Shown: positions 1 through 13,741, counted from the stretch's first letter. The stretch: 64,000 nucleotides of DNA from Gammaproteobacteria bacterium DTU037 (GCA_001513025.1 LFRZ01000125.1:10997-74996); one strand, 5' to 3'. A program made the numbers and translations. The notes: generated by a model not told the origin, from the sequence alone.

Positions 1-561
1 GTCAATAATTTTAGTGGTCTCACCTAGAAATTCTTCTAACGGCAATACATCTGGATTTAAACTACCAAACAAAAAGCCTTTATAGCTTTCAAAGCGTGCT
101 AGTTTTTTCAGGTCGTGTGAGCCTTCTGTATTGAAACAATCAGAATACCCAGCATCAACAGGATCTTTAACTTTTAATAATTTACCAGAGTTGTTAAAAG
201 TCCAACCATGGAATGGGCAGGTGTAGGTTGCCTTATTACCTTTTTTATTACGACAAATCTGTGCACCGCGGTGTGAGCACGCGTTAATCATGCCATTTAA
301 CTCACCAGTACGATTACGCGCAATAATAATCGGCTGACGGCCAATATGAGTTGTATAGTAGTCGTTATTATTTTTAACTTGGCTTTCATGCGCTAAATAA
401 ACCCAGTTACCTTCAAAGATATATTTCATCTCAAGGTCGAACAAAGTTTTATCTGTAAATACAGATCTATGCAGCTTGAATTCGCCAGTCTCATAATTTT
501 CAACAAGTAAATCATCGATACTATCGAGATGACTAATATTAGTAACGGGTATATTAGGCAT
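1..561 (-). CDS. benA: Benzoate 1,2-dioxygenase alpha subunit, N-terminal part (continues beyond left edge)
   Basis: Manually translated (not in ORF track). ATG at 561 with GGAG RBS: [61 protein letters not shown]..., with Rieske motifs CSHRGA and CPFHGW. Lies downstream of catA. Confidence 0.93.
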   Translation of the reverse strand, partial: MPNIPVTNISHLDSIDDLLVENYETGEFKLHRSVFTDKTLFDLEMKYIFEGNWVYLAHESQVKNNNDYYTTHIGRQPIIIARNRTGELNGMINACSHRGAQICRNKKGNKATYTCPFHGWTFNNSGKLLKVKDPVDAGYSDCFNTEGSHDLKKLARFESYKGFLFGSLNPDVLPLEEFLGETTKIID

Positions 562-640
562 ATTCTTATCTCCAAACACCAAGGCAAACAAAGGTTGTAA
601 CTGCCAGTAAGTACCGGCAGTAACTGATACACAAATTGAC

Positions 641-1555
641 TTAAGCGCGGCGACGCTCAATTTCTGTAGTCGGGGCATTAGCCGTATCTTTAACTAATAC
701 AACATCAAAGTTTATTTGTTTAAATGGTTTGTTTAAGCCTCGAGTTTCGATTGCAGTGCTATCAGTGACATCAACAGCAGTTGCAACTAAGCCATCACGC
801 GTTGCGAACGCAAAGTCATCCCAAAGGTACTCATCACCCTCAAGGTTGAACTGTGTGGTCAGCTTTCTATAGCCTGGGCTCGACACAAAATAGTGGATAT
901 GCGATGGTCGATTGCCGTGACGGCCTAACTTATTCAGTAACGCCTGAGTTGTGCCTTCTGGTGGGCAGCCATAACCAACAGGCATTGTTGTCTGTGCAAC
1001 ATATTGACCGTTAGTGTCTGTAAAAATGGTGCGACGCAAGTTGAAATCAGATTGGCTTTTATCAAAAAATGAGTAGTTACCTAAACTATTGGCATGCCAA
1101 ATTTCCACTTTGGCCCCTTCAATAATATTACCCTCTGTATCTCTCACCAAGCCTTCAACAAATAGGGTGTCAACCGTATCTGACTCAGAACCATCATCCA
1201 TACGCGCAAAACCTACAGTTTCAGGAGCCCCTGCAACATATAAAGGCCCTTCAATCGTTCTCGGTGTACCGCCTATGACGCCAGCCTGAGCATCGGCTTC
1301 ATCAGCGCGAAGATCAAGGAAGTGTTCCAAACCTAATCCCGCTGCTAATAAACCTAATTCATTAGCCTGCCCTGCATCAGTTAAGTACTCTAAACCTTTC
1401 CAAACTTCAGATTGAGTTAAATCAAGATCTTCAATCGCTTTAAATAAATCAGTGACTAAACGAACGACAATCTCTTGGACTCGCTTATCAACAGCACCTT
1501 TTGCTGTATCAATGTTCATTTTTTTTACAAGTGCTTCAATATCTGTATATTTCAT
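641..1555 (-). CDS. catA: Catechol 1,2-dioxygenase
   Basis: Intradiol dioxygenase motifs [31 protein letters not shown]. Confidence 0.96.
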   Translation of the reverse strand: MKYTDIEALVKKMNIDTAKGAVDKRVQEIVVRLVTDLFKAIEDLDLTQSEVWKGLEYLTDAGQANELGLLAAGLGLEHFLDLRADEADAQAGVIGGTPRTIEGPLYVAGAPETVGFARMDDGSESDTVDTLFVEGLVRDTEGNIIEGAKVEIWHANSLGNYSFFDKSQSDFNLRRTIFTDTNGQYVAQTTMPVGYGCPPEGTTQALLNKLGRHGNRPSHIHYFVSSPGYRKLTTQFNLEGDEYLWDDFAFATRDGLVATAVDVTDSTAIETRGLNKPFKQINFDVVLVKDTANAPTTEIERRRA

Positions 1556-1611
1556 TTTTTCACCTTTTACTTTTTATTTTAATTGTTTTTTACTTTGATA
1601 TTTAATATTTA

Positions 1612-1902
1612 TTAAATATCGCTTTCACGAATAGACGATGGATGACGATTAAGTGGCATAACATTAATATCCATATAAGGGAAAAGAGGTAAACCTTGTA
1701 ATAGATTATGTAGCTCTTCATTACTCTCTACATCAAATATACTGATATTTGAATATTCGCCGGAAATCCTCCACAAGTGACGCCATTTACCTTGCTCTTG
1801 TAAAGACTGGGAATACATTTTTTCTTTTAACTTAATCTGATTTATTTTCTCTTCATCAATATCTAACGGAATATTTACATCCATACGTACATGAAAAATC
1901 AT
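1612..1902 (-). CDS. catC: Muconolactone delta-isomerase
   Basis: 96 aa, MIFHVRMDV...GKWRHLWRISGEYSNISIFDV...LPLFPYMDI...HPS; between catB and catA. Confidence 0.96.
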   Translation of the reverse strand: MIFHVRMDVNIPLDIDEEKINQIKLKEKMYSQSLQEQGKWRHLWRISGEYSNISIFDVESNEELHNLLQGLPLFPYMDINVMPLNRHPSSIRESDI

Positions 1903-1927
1903 AAATTCTCCAAAATCAATTTAATAG

Positions 1928-3037
1928 TTATTTAAAACGCAAGTTATCAATTTTATTTTCATCTAACTCGATTCCAAGCCCAGGCGTACTTGGAATAACC
2001 AATCCGAAATTTTCGTACTGTAGCGGGGCTTTAAGAATATGTTCGGTCAGCAACAAGGGACCAAAAAGTTCTGTGCCATAGGCAAGGCTCTCAAATGTAG
2101 AGAATACATGGGCAGAGGCTATAGTACCGACAGGGCCTTCCAGCATGGTTCCACCATACAGATCAATTCCAGCAAGCATTGCAAGCCGACTGACTTCACA
2201 ACTTTCTAGAAGGCCACCTGACTGAGCAATTTTCACCGCAAATACTGAAGCAGCATTACGCTTTGCTAAGTTATAGGCTGTTTCAGGCCCCTTAAGTGAC
2301 TCATCCGCCATAATTGCGATATCGAACTTACGCGTAAGACGCGCCATGGCGTCGTCATTTTCAGTTGTACAAGGTTGCTCAATTAAATCAATTCCCCCCG
2401 CTTGAAGGAGGCTAATACCTTTATTAGCCTCGAGTTCTGTCCATGCCTGATTGACATCAACACGAATTGATACATCAGCACCCAGTGCCTGCTTAATAGA
2501 CAGCACATGCTCAACATCTTCTTCTACCGTACGCGAGCCAATTTTCAGTTTAAATATATTGTGTCGTTTCGCCTTGATCATCTGATGCGCTTCAGCGATA
2601 TCTTTTTCTGTATCACCTGATGCTAAAACCCACAACACGGGAACGCTTTCACGTAAACGCCCACCTAATACTTCACTTAAAGGCAGCCCCAATCGCTGTG
2701 CATGAATATCCAGTAATGCAGTTTGAATCGCACATTTAGCAAAGCGATTACCTTGAATATTATTTTTAATTGCAAACAGTGTTTGAGCTAAGTTTGCTGG
2801 CGGTAAAGACTTCATCAGAGGAGAAAAATAGCTTTCAATATTAGCCTTGATACTCTCTGGACTTTCTTCACCATAACCCAAACCACCAATAGTCGTTGCT
2901 TCACCCCAACCAATAACACCATCATCAGTGGTCACTTTAACCAAAACTAATGTTTGCGCGTGCATTGTGGCTACGGCCATTTTATGTGGGCGAATAGTTG
3001 GAATTTTCACCAGCAATGTTTCTATATTTTTATACAT
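1928..3037 (-). CDS. catB: Muconate cycloisomerase
   Basis: Enolase superfamily: RHNIFKLKIG, RVDVNQAW, EQP, MADES, GTELFGPLLL. Confidence 0.95.
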   Translation of the reverse strand: MYKNIETLLVKIPTIRPHKMAVATMHAQTLVLVKVTTDDGVIGWGEATTIGGLGYGEESPESIKANIESYFSPLMKSLPPANLAQTLFAIKNNIQGNRFAKCAIQTALLDIHAQRLGLPLSEVLGGRLRESVPVLWVLASGDTEKDIAEAHQMIKAKRHNIFKLKIGSRTVEEDVEHVLSIKQALGADVSIRVDVNQAWTELEANKGISLLQAGGIDLIEQPCTTENDDAMARLTRKFDIAIMADESLKGPETAYNLAKRNAASVFAVKIAQSGGLLESCEVSRLAMLAGIDLYGGTMLEGPVGTIASAHVFSTFESLAYGTELFGPLLLTEHILKAPLQYENFGLVIPSTPGLGIELDENKIDNLRFK

Positions 3038-3128
3038 AATTCGCCTATATTTCTTGTGCTGCTCATTGACTGCCTATACTCTAATAGAACAAATTTACTG
3101 CTGTCTAAGACTTAATCAGCATCTTTTT

Positions 3129-3143
3129 ATACTTTAAAGGTAT
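3129..3143. promoter_or_regulatory. CatM/BenM-type LysR operator ATAC-N7-GTAT
   Basis: ATACTTTAAAGGTAT is a perfect ATAC-N7-GTAT just upstream of the LysR start. A degenerate copy (ATACTCTAATAGAAC) lies at 3076-3090 toward catB. Confidence 0.75.
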
Positions 3144-3149
3144 ACGGAA

Positions 3150-4079
3150 GTGGAATTACGGCACTTGAAATATTATGTTGCTGTTGTTGAAGAGCAGAGC
3201 TATACAAAAGCGGCGGAGAGGCTCTTTATTTCACAGCCACCATTAAGCCGCCAAATTCAAAATCTTGAGCTTGAGCTAGGCGTACAGCTCTTTGAGCGTG
3301 GCAGTCGGCCGGTAAAAACAACTGAGGTTGGTCAATTCTTTTATCTACATGCTGTAAAGCTTTTAGCCAATGCAGAAGAAATAAAAATGATGACCCAACG
3401 CGTGGGCACGGCTGAAAAAACCTTGACTATTGGTTTTGTGGGCTCTTTATTGTTCGGCTTACTACCAAAGATAATTTACTTATTCCGTCAACAGCAGCCG
3501 AAATTGAGAATAGAGCTGCAAGAAATGAATACAAAACAACAAATAGAAGCACTAAAAGAAGGGAAAATAGATGTAGGATTTGGCCGTTTGAGGATCTCAG
3601 ACCCAGCAATCCACCGTATTTTGTTAAGAGAGGAACCATTAATGGTTGCTGTACACGCACAGCACCATCTCTGTATCTTTGAGCAAGGCTTGTATTTATC
3701 TAATATTATTGATGAAAATATTTTCATCTATCCTAATCATTCTAAGCCTAATTTTTCGACTCAGATGCGCAGTTTATTTTATGAGCATGGCTTCGACCCT
3801 AGCCATTTAATAGAAGTGCGAGAGGTTCAGCTGGCCTTGGGCTTAGTGGCTGCAGATGAAGGTATTTGTATTATTCCGCAAAGTGCTAGAGCGATTCAGA
3901 TCCCCAATCTAAAATTTATCCCACTATTGGATAAGGCAGCGATCAGCCCTGTATTTTTAGCGGCACGCAATATGGATGAAAATTCAAATATACAGTCGTT
4001 GATGGAGTGCATTTATCAAGTCTACGATCAAGAATCTATTGTGTATCAGCGTAAAGCCAATAATGAAAACGCTAACTGA
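3150..4079 (+). CDS. catM: LysR-family regulator of cat/ben genes (CatM/BenM/CatR type)
   Basis: MELRHLKYYVAVVEEQSYTKAAERLFISQPPLSRQIQNLE; divergent from catB; GTG start. Confidence 0.88.
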   Translation: MELRHLKYYVAVVEEQSYTKAAERLFISQPPLSRQIQNLELELGVQLFERGSRPVKTTEVGQFFYLHAVKLLANAEEIKMMTQRVGTAEKTLTIGFVGSLLFGLLPKIIYLFRQQQPKLRIELQEMNTKQQIEALKEGKIDVGFGRLRISDPAIHRILLREEPLMVAVHAQHHLCIFEQGLYLSNIIDENIFIYPNHSKPNFSTQMRSLFYEHGFDPSHLIEVREVQLALGLVAADEGICIIPQSARAIQIPNLKFIPLLDKAAISPVFLAARNMDENSNIQSLMECIYQVYDQESIVYQRKANNENAN

Positions 4080-4569
4080 TCACTTAACTCAATATGCAGC
4101 TTATCACCGCGATCAGCGCAATATTATGAGTCACTTTATAGGGATTCCACTGATTGTTATCGCTGTGGCTATTTTACTCTCACGCCCTGGATTTTTTGTC
4201 TATGGGCTTTGGCTATCGCCCGCACTGGCCGTAAGTATTGCCGCCGCTGTGTTTTATCTAGGCTTGGATCTGAGCCTCGGAGCAAGCATGACGGTCTTGC
4301 TTGCTCTCTGTGTATGGTTGGCAATGCATTGCGCGCAGTTATCCACAAGCGCTTGGTTAACTTGGGGTATCAGTAGCTTTATCATCGGTTGGATGATTCA
4401 GTTTATCGGACACTATTATGAAGGTCGTAAACCTGCGTTTATCGATGACATTATGGGCTTAGCCATTGGCCCATTGTTTGTCGTAGCTGAATTAGCGTTT
4501 TTATGTGGTCTACGTCAACCGCTTAAGCACGATATTGAAGCGCGTCTTGACCCAGGTATAGATAAATAA
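4063..4569 (+). CDS. Mpo1-like / DUF962 membrane protein
   Basis: MKTLTDHLTQYAAYHRDQRNIMSHFIGIPLI...QFIGHYYEGRKPAF; ATG at 4063 overlaps the LysR 3' end. Confidence 0.8.
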   Translation: MKTLTDHLTQYAAYHRDQRNIMSHFIGIPLIVIAVAILLSRPGFFVYGLWLSPALAVSIAAAVFYLGLDLSLGASMTVLLALCVWLAMHCAQLSTSAWLTWGISSFIIGWMIQFIGHYYEGRKPAFIDDIMGLAIGPLFVVAELAFLCGLRQPLKHDIEARLDPGIDK

Positions 4570-4630
4570 GCACGCAACTATTTGATCAGCGACCAGTCGT
4601 ATAGCTACGACTCAGATGAAGGATTGTATT

Positions 4631-5044
4631 ATGCGTTACAGCACAGACAGCCACACCCCAGTCATGGGTTATTTGTTATGGATCTTTGGTTTTTTAGGTT
4701 CGCATCGTTTTTACTACGGCAAACCCATCACTGGAACCATTTGGTTTTTTACCCTGGGCTTGTTCTTTATCGGCTGGATTATTGATTTATTTTTAATCCC
4801 CAGCATGGACCGACAAGCGAGCCTTCGCTTTCATGCAGGCCGTATTGATTACAATATTGCGTGGATTCTCTTAACTTTTTTAGGTGTATTCGGCGTGCAC
4901 CGTATGTATCAAGGTAAATGGATCACTGGGATTTTATACTTATGCACAGGCGGTTTTTTCTTACTGGGTGTGCTCTATGATTTCTGGACGATGAATCAGC
5001 AAATATCCATTAAGAATCAAATTTTTAATTCTTCTTTTGATTAA
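4631..5044 (+). CDS. TM2-domain (NINE) membrane protein
   Basis: Two repeats of LWxFxGFLGxHRFY / LTFLGVFGVHRMYQG. Confidence 0.8.
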   Translation: MRYSTDSHTPVMGYLLWIFGFLGSHRFYYGKPITGTIWFFTLGLFFIGWIIDLFLIPSMDRQASLRFHAGRIDYNIAWILLTFLGVFGVHRMYQGKWITGILYLCTGGFFLLGVLYDFWTMNQQISIKNQIFNSSFD

Positions 5045-5054
5045 TTATCAAAAC

Positions 5055-5093
5055 AAAAAAAGCTGCTTAACACATAAAGCGCTAAGCAGCTTT
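5055..5093. terminator. Bidirectional intrinsic terminator between the TM2 gene and glmU
   Basis: Stem AAAGCTGCTTA/TAAGCAGCTTT with an A-tract, between convergent genes. Confidence 0.7.
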
Positions 5094-5111
5094 CAGACAG
5101 GGTCGCTGAAC

Positions 5112-6470
5112 TTAACGCTTTGTTGGTCGCGGCCAGTTTTCTAAATTACGCTGACGCCCACGGCCAACGGCCAACGCATGCGCGGGCACATCTGCAGTAA
5201 TCGTTGAGCCTGCGCCGGTGGTTGAACCATCGCCTAAATGCAGCGGTGCAACCAATGAGCTGTTTGAGCCAATAAAGACATCTTCCCCCATCACAGTTTT
5301 AAATTTATTTGCACCATCGTAATTGCAGGTAATAGTGCCGGCGCCAACATTAGTGCGTGCGCCAATCTCACTGTCACCTAAATAGGTTAGGTGACCGGCT
5401 TTAGCGGCTTCACCTAGACGGGTATTTTTCAGCTCAACAAAGTTACCCACATGTGCGCGTGCAGCCAATACGGTTCCTGGACGTAAACGCGCAAATGGAC
5501 CACAGTCGGCACCTTCACCAATATCAGCACCGTCTAAATGGCTATTGGCTTTAATCACCGCGCCGGCACGTAAAATAGAGTCTTTAATCACGCAATTGGG
5601 GCCAATCGAAACATTATCCGCAATCTCGACACAGCCTTCTAAGATCACATTAATATCAATCAATACATCACGACCAACACTGACCTCACCGCGCAGATCA
5701 AAACGCGCAGGATCAAGCAAAGTCACGCCTTGCGCCATTAAACGCCGTGCCGCACGTTGCTGATAGTGACGCTCAAGCGCTGAAAGCTGCAGGCGATCAT
5801 TGGCGCCCTGTACTTCCATCGTATCAACAGCAGTTTCAGTGGCGACGCGTAAGCCATCAGCTACAGCCATGGCGATAATATCGGTTAGGTAGTATTCGCC
5901 TTGGGCATTGCTATTGGATAGACGGCTTAACCAATCGGTAAGGGCCAAGCGCGGAGCAGCAAGAATACCGGTATTACCTTCACTGATTTGTAACTGCTCA
6001 GAATTGGCATCTTTATGCTCAACAATCGCTTGGACTGCACCGGCACTGTTGCGCACGATACGACCATAACCGGCGGGGTTATCGAGGTTGACTGTCAATA
6101 ACGCCATGCTGTCTGTCGAGAGCTGCGTCAACAAGCTTTCTAGCGTAGCAGCCTCAATCAGAGGCACATCACCGTATAACACTAAGGTGTGCTCTGCCTT
6201 TAAGTAAGGCACCGCTTGCGCAACCGCATGACCGGTACCTAACTGTTCGTTTTGTACGACAAAATTAATATCGTCAGCAGCAAGCTGCTCACGTACAGCC
6301 TCAGCACCATGGCCAATCACCACTTGAATACTGTCTGGCTGTAAGCGCCGTGCTGTTTGCACTACATGCGTGAGCATGGGTTGGCCAGCGATGGGATGCA
6401 GTACTTTGGGTAAGGCCGAACGCATACGCGTACCTTGGCCAGCGGCGAGAATAATAATATCCAACGACAT
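5112..6470 (-). CDS. glmU: Bifunctional UDP-GlcNAc pyrophosphorylase / glucosamine-1-P acetyltransferase
   Basis: [18 protein letters not shown], hexapeptide repeats, [14 protein letters not shown]. Confidence 0.97.
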   Translation of the reverse strand: MSLDIIILAAGQGTRMRSALPKVLHPIAGQPMLTHVVQTARRLQPDSIQVVIGHGAEAVREQLAADDINFVVQNEQLGTGHAVAQAVPYLKAEHTLVLYGDVPLIEAATLESLLTQLSTDSMALLTVNLDNPAGYGRIVRNSAGAVQAIVEHKDANSEQLQISEGNTGILAAPRLALTDWLSRLSNSNAQGEYYLTDIIAMAVADGLRVATETAVDTMEVQGANDRLQLSALERHYQQRAARRLMAQGVTLLDPARFDLRGEVSVGRDVLIDINVILEGCVEIADNVSIGPNCVIKDSILRAGAVIKANSHLDGADIGEGADCGPFARLRPGTVLAARAHVGNFVELKNTRLGEAAKAGHLTYLGDSEIGARTNVGAGTITCNYDGANKFKTVMGEDVFIGSNSSLVAPLHLGDGSTTGAGSTITADVPAHALAVGRGRQRNLENWPRPTKR

Positions 6471-6523
6471 GCTATAAATCCTAAATAAAAAGTTGTACGG
6501 CGCTTAAAATTTGAAAAATAAGC

Positions 6524-6560
6524 AATAAAAAAGGGCAGCCATAGGCTACCCTTTTTTATT
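6524..6560 (-). terminator. atp operon terminator
   Basis: AATAAAAAAGGGCAGCC-ATA-GGCTACCCTTTTTTATT hairpin with U-tract downstream of atpC. Confidence 0.8.
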
Positions 6561-6582
6561 GTTTCGATGAAGCATGATTTGC

Positions 6583-7011
6583 TTATCGACGGATTTTATT
6601 ACGCAGCTCCGAAATGGTGCGTAATTGCGCTACCGCTTCTGCTAAGCGTATCGCTGTAGCCGCATAATCAAAATCAGCACTCTGCTCTTGAATTGCTTGT
6701 TCAGCAGCTTTTTTCGCTTTAAGAGCTGCCGCTTCATCAAGGTCAGCAGCACGGATTGCCGTATCTGCCAAAACCTTAACCATGCTTGGCTGCACTTCGA
6801 TAAAGCCACCCGAGATGTAATACACCTCTTCGCCACCACCTTGCTTAATTACCCGGACAGGGCCCGGTTTAATTGTAGAGATCAAGGGGGTGTGACCAGG
6901 CAAAATACCCAAATCACCCATGTGACCATGAGCGATGACCATTTCGACCCGACCCGAGAACAACTCTTCTTCTGCACTAACAATGTCACACTGGACTGTT
7001 CTGCTGGCCAT
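6583..7011 (-). CDS. atpC: F1 ATP synthase epsilon subunit
   Basis: Start reassigned to [15 protein letters not shown]; [12 protein letters not shown] motif. Confidence 0.95.
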   Translation of the reverse strand: MASRTVQCDIVSAEEELFSGRVEMVIAHGHMGDLGILPGHTPLISTIKPGPVRVIKQGGGEEVYYISGGFIEVQPSMVKVLADTAIRAADLDEAAALKAKKAAEQAIQEQSADFDYAATAIRLAEAVAQLRTISELRNKIRR

Positions 7012-7088
7012 ATAAATCGCCTCAGTTTTACGGCTGAGCGGATGCCAATGCACCCGCTGCCCTATTGCTCACCATTACGGCTCGCAAA

Positions 7089-8495
<1,407 letters not shown>

Positions 8496-9362
8496 TTAAA
8501 CCGCGGCCGCGCCGCCGACGATTTCTGAAATTTCTTGAGTGATCGCTGCTTGACGAGCCTTGTTGTAAACCAGTTGTAGGTTATCAATAAGGTCACCAGC
8601 ATTATCTGTTGCATTTTTCATTGCAATCATTCGAGCCGCTTGTTCGCATGCTGAATTCTCAACAACCGCTTGGTAGACCTGAGATTCGATATAACGAACA
8701 ATCAGAGCATCCAGCAATTGCTGTGCATCAGGTTCGTAAATGTAATCCCAAGAGCCAAGACGATCGCCTTCGAGTCCCACATCAACCGCCAGTGGCACTA
8801 ACTGCTCAACTGTTGGTTTCTGCGTCATAGTATTCACAAATTTGTTGGACACTATGTATAAGCGATCAAGACGACCTTCAGCAAAGCCATCCAGCATAAT
8901 TTTAATACTGCCAATTAAGTCAGTAATTGCTGGCTGCTCACCGAGATCAGTGATTGCTGCAACGACATTGCCACCGTAACTACGGAAGAAACTTACACCT
9001 TTTTTGCCGATCACGCAGAACTCTGCTTGAACGCCATCTTGTTGTAAGCCCTTCATATTATTAATCAGGGCCTTGAACAGGTTAAAGTTCAGACCGCCGC
9101 ATAGACCACGATCGGTCGACACGAGGATATAACCCACGCGTTTAACCGGACGTTCGACCATGAATGCATGCTTGTACTCGGCATTGGCTTCAGCTAAATG
9201 GCCAATGACCTGACGTATGCGCTCTGCATAGGGACGGCCAAGATTCATGCGCTGTTGTGCTCTGCGCATTTTACTGACCGCCACTTTTTCCATGGCACTT
9301 GTAATCTTTTGCGTACTTTTGATGCTCGCAATTTTACTGCGAATCTCTTTTGCGCCTGCCAT
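8496..9362 (-). CDS. atpG: F1 ATP synthase gamma subunit
   Basis: [22 protein letters not shown]. Confidence 0.98.
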   Translation of the reverse strand: MAGAKEIRSKIASIKSTQKITSAMEKVAVSKMRRAQQRMNLGRPYAERIRQVIGHLAEANAEYKHAFMVERPVKRVGYILVSTDRGLCGGLNFNLFKALINNMKGLQQDGVQAEFCVIGKKGVSFFRSYGGNVVAAITDLGEQPAITDLIGSIKIMLDGFAEGRLDRLYIVSNKFVNTMTQKPTVEQLVPLAVDVGLEGDRLGSWDYIYEPDAQQLLDALIVRYIESQVYQAVVENSACEQAARMIAMKNATDNAGDLIDNLQLVYNKARQAAITQEISEIVGGAAAV

Positions 9363-9413
9363 TTGTCACCCTTCAGGTTAAGCAAGTAGGGGCTTTAACA
9401 CCCCCACTGCGGC

Positions 9414-10958
9414 TTACCAGCTCTGAGTGGCCTTAAACTTCTCGATGCCTGCTTTAATAGAAGCATCGATATCGTTATTAAAGTCACCCTTCTCATTGAT
9501 CTTCGCCATTAAGTCAGCGTAGTCACGTTTGAAGAAGGCTAACAAGGCTGCCTCAAAAGCACCCACTTTATTAACTTCTACATCGGTCAAGAAGCCACGT
9601 TCAGCAGCATACAAAGACACAGACATATCAGCGATAGACATTGGTGCGTACTGTTTCTGTTTCATCAGCTCAGTTACACGTTGACCGTGCTCAAGCTGTT
9701 TACGCGTCGCTTCATCCAAGTCAGAAGCAAACTGAGCAAAGGCCGCCAATTCGCGGTACTGAGCCAGTGCAGTACGAATACCGCCGGAAAGCTTCTTAAT
9801 AATCTTAGTCTGAGCTGCACCACCAACACGCGATACCGAAATACCTGCGTTGACTGCTGGACGGATACCTGAGTTAAACATGGCTGACTCAAGGAAGATC
9901 TGACCATCAGTAATAGAAATTACGTTGGTTGGTACGAACGCTGATACGTCACCCGCCTGGGTTTCAATGATTGGCAGCGCGGTTAAAGAACCGGTTTTGC
10001 CTTTCACTGCACCATTGGTGAATGCTTCAACGTACTCTTCAGATACACGTGATGCACGCTCCAACAAACGACTGTGGAGGTAGAACACGTCACCTGGATA
10101 CGCTTCACGTCCTGGTGGACGACGTAACAACAGAGAAATCTGACGGTAAGCAACCGCTTGTTTAGACAGGTCATCGTAAACGATTAACGCATCTTCACCA
10201 CGGTCACGGAAGTACTCGCCCATGGTGCAACCGGCATAAGGTGCCAAGTATTGCAGTGCAGCAGATTCAGATGCGCTGGCAGCAACAATAATAGTGTTGC
10301 TCAGTGCACCCATCTCTTCAAGTTTACGTACTACGTTAGCAATGGTTGATTGCTTTTGACCGATGGCCACGTAGACGCACTTAATGCCGCTGTCTTTTTG
10401 GTTAATGATGGCATCGATAGCCAGAGCAGTTTTACCAATTTGACGGTCACCAATGATCAACTCACGCTGACCACGGCCAACAGGAATCATCGCATCGACA
10501 GATTTGTAACCTGTTTGTACAGGTTGATCGACCGACTTACGCCAAATTACACCTGGAGCAACTTTTTCAACTGCGTCAGTTAATTTGGTTTCGACTGGAC
10601 CTTTGCCATCAATTGGATTACCCAGTGCATCAACCACACGACCTAACAGTTCAGGACCAACCGGAACTTCAAGGATGCGACCGGTACACTTGGCGCTCAT
10701 ACCTTCGGTCAAACCGAAGAAGCTACCCAAGATTACAGCACCAACGGAGTCACGCTCCAAGTTGAGTGCCATACCAAAAATACCACCTGGGAATTCAATC
10801 ATTTCACCGTACATTACATCGGCTAAGCCGTGGATACGTACGATACCGTCAGACAAGCTGACGATTGTGCCTTCATTACGGGCTTGCGCAGATACATCAA
10901 GCTTAGCAATACGCTGCTTGATGATCTCGCTAATCTCGGAAGGATTCAGTTGCTGCAT
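9414..10958 (-). CDS. atpA: F1 ATP synthase alpha subunit
   Basis: [29 protein letters not shown]. Confidence 0.98.
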   Translation of the reverse strand: MQQLNPSEISEIIKQRIAKLDVSAQARNEGTIVSLSDGIVRIHGLADVMYGEMIEFPGGIFGMALNLERDSVGAVILGSFFGLTEGMSAKCTGRILEVPVGPELLGRVVDALGNPIDGKGPVETKLTDAVEKVAPGVIWRKSVDQPVQTGYKSVDAMIPVGRGQRELIIGDRQIGKTALAIDAIINQKDSGIKCVYVAIGQKQSTIANVVRKLEEMGALSNTIIVAASASESAALQYLAPYAGCTMGEYFRDRGEDALIVYDDLSKQAVAYRQISLLLRRPPGREAYPGDVFYLHSRLLERASRVSEEYVEAFTNGAVKGKTGSLTALPIIETQAGDVSAFVPTNVISITDGQIFLESAMFNSGIRPAVNAGISVSRVGGAAQTKIIKKLSGGIRTALAQYRELAAFAQFASDLDEATRKQLEHGQRVTELMKQKQYAPMSIADMSVSLYAAERGFLTDVEVNKVGAFEAALLAFFKRDYADLMAKINEKGDFNNDIDASIKAGIEKFKATQSW

Positions 10959-10973
10959 GCCATGCCCCTCAAA

Positions 10974-11510
10974 TCAGGATTTCAACGCTTCGGCTAACTT
11001 ATTCAGTCTGCCGCGGATCGAACCGTCAATAACTAAGTCACCAGCACGAATGTGCAAACCGCCAATTAAAGCGGGATTTACAGTCGCTTTGGGTTGAACG
11101 GTACGATCAAGCCGCTTGGATAAGGCGGCAGCCAGTGTTTGGAGTTGTTCTGCGCTCAGTTCAAAAGCAGACTGTACTTCAACCTCTACAGTACGATCAG
11201 CATCAGCTTTAAAAGCTTCAAACATCTCTTGCACTATAGTGAGTAAAGTCAAACGGCTATTCTCGCCAAGAACGCTAAGAAAGTTACCGAATGTTTCGTC
11301 GATATTGCCTTCACACATTTGCTTTAGAAACGCGACCTTGCCTTCTCGAGTCAGCGCAGGATTACCCAGCTGCTTGATAATGACCGGCTCTGTTACCGCC
11401 GCTGCAGTTAATGCCAACATCGCAGACCAAGCGTCAACTTGACCTGCAGCCGAAGCAAACTCATATGCTGCTTTTGCGTAAGGTCGAGCAAGCGTATTGA
11501 TATTCAGCAT
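10974..11510 (-). CDS. atpH: ATP synthase delta subunit
   Basis: TLARPYAKAA, LIGGLHIRAGDLVIDGS. Confidence 0.95.
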   Translation of the reverse strand: MLNINTLARPYAKAAYEFASAAGQVDAWSAMLALTAAAVTEPVIIKQLGNPALTREGKVAFLKQMCEGNIDETFGNFLSVLGENSRLTLLTIVQEMFEAFKADADRTVEVEVQSAFELSAEQLQTLAAALSKRLDRTVQPKATVNPALIGGLHIRAGDLVIDGSIRGRLNKLAEALKS

Positions 11511-11522
11511 CGCTTGCCTCGC

Positions 11523-11993
11523 TTAAAGTTGTGCGGCCAATTGTTCGACCAGTTGATTATGAGCGCTTGCATCCACAGACGAACCGAGGATTTGTTCTGC
11601 GCCCGCAACCGCTAATACCGAAACTTGTGCACGAAGATCTTCTTTTACGCGATTCACTTCAAGATCAATCTCTGTTTTAGCGTTAGCTATCAAACGTTCG
11701 CCTTCGGCACGCGCTTGTTGCTTAGCTTCTTCAACGATTTCACTGGCAGTTTTATTCGCTTTATCAAGAATTTCTAAAGCAGTTTTTTTCGTGTCACGCA
11801 ACATTTCTGTCGCTTTTTCTTGAGCAAGCTTTAGGTCGCGCTCGGCGCGTCCAGCTGCATCTAAACCTTCAGCAATTTTCTTCTGGCGTGCATCCATTGC
11901 ATTCGTAATTGGAGGCCATACGAACTTCATGCAAAACCATACAAAAATAGCGAAGGAAATCAATTGACCAATAAGCGTCAAATTAATATTCAC
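11523..11993 (-). CDS. atpF: F0 subunit b
   Basis: [28 protein letters not shown]. Confidence 0.96.
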   Translation of the reverse strand: MNINLTLIGQLISFAIFVWFCMKFVWPPITNAMDARQKKIAEGLDAAGRAERDLKLAQEKATEMLRDTKKTALEILDKANKTASEIVEEAKQQARAEGERLIANAKTEIDLEVNRVKEDLRAQVSVLAVAGAEQILGSSVDASAHNQLVEQLAAQL

Positions 11994-12074
11994 TGATCTA
12001 CCTCATGCTATTTCGTTGTTTATCTTAAAGATAACTTCGCGCAGTAATTTTTACTGCGCGATGAAATCGCTAGA

Positions 12075-12314
12075 TCAGCCTGCCATACCAGGAGCTACAA
12101 CGAAGATCAGGTACATAGCCATACCAACACCAATCATTGGAACAGCGTCAAGTAGACCAGCCATGATAAAGGTTTTAGTTTGTAATTGTGGTGCCAACTC
12201 AGGCTGACGCGCGGTTGATTCGAGCAATTTGCCACCTAAGATTGCAAAGCCTAAACCAGTTGCTAATGCGCCCATACCGAGGATGATGGCAGCAGCGATA
12301 ATTACAATTTCCAT
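12075..12314 (-). CDS. atpE: F0 subunit c (H+-type, Asp61 equivalent)
   Basis: ARQPEL loop and GLLDAVPMI. Confidence 0.95.
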   Translation of the reverse strand: MEIVIIAAAIILGMGALATGLGFAILGGKLLESTARQPELAPQLQTKTFIMAGLLDAVPMIGVGMAMYLIFVVAPGMAG

Positions 12315-12381
12315 AGTTACTCCTAGAGTTTTAAGTTTTCAAGTTTACAGTTAAAGTTTTAAGTTAACGCCCGCTTTCGCG

Positions 12382-13212
<831 letters not shown>

Positions 13213-13611
13213 TCAACGCTTTAGAAAGCTTTTCGTCAAAAGAAGTGATGTTGCAGACGTCATCTGCACCAAAATATAACCAATGAACACAGCAAGTACG
13301 TTCAATGGCTTCACCCCCAAGAACAACACTGCAAAAAGCAATGCTGTAAGAATTAATTTTCCCATTTCGCCAGCCCAAAAAGACTGAACAATGACAGCTA
13401 TGGAACGCGCACCAAAGTACTGAAATGCTTTGTACGTAAAGTAAGCATTCGGTAGTAATGCAGTCAGCCCACCCAGCCAAGCCGAGTATGCGGCGACCCA
13501 TCCTTGTGTGAAACCAAATAACAATCCGATCAGTGCGCCCATCGCAGCCTGTAGCACGATGACGCGAAACATTGGCTGACGATGAAAAGGAACTTTATTT
13601 CGATACGCCAC
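13213..13611 (-). CDS. atpI: ATP synthase protein I
   Basis: First gene of the atp operon; hydrophobic; SFWAGEMGKLILT. Confidence 0.88.
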   Translation of the reverse strand: MAYRNKVPFHRQPMFRVIVLQAAMGALIGLLFGFTQGWVAAYSAWLGGLTALLPNAYFTYKAFQYFGARSIAVIVQSFWAGEMGKLILTALLFAVLFLGVKPLNVLAVFIGYILVQMTSATSLLLTKSFLKR

Positions 13612-13741
13612 TGTTGATCTGATTCCTTCGCTATTTTTTCACTTTGAAACGAATAGCAACAAAATTGCGCGCAGAGTATAAGATGCTAACGCCGCTCATT
13701 CAACTGTCATGTCGTATATTTACGACCAACAGCTATAAAAA

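Noticed and set aside
12075-12314. Na+-coupled ATP synthase
   Set aside because: The c subunit has Asp followed by Ala (GLLDAVP) and lacks the Gln...Glu-Ser/Thr Na+-binding signature, so it is H+-type.
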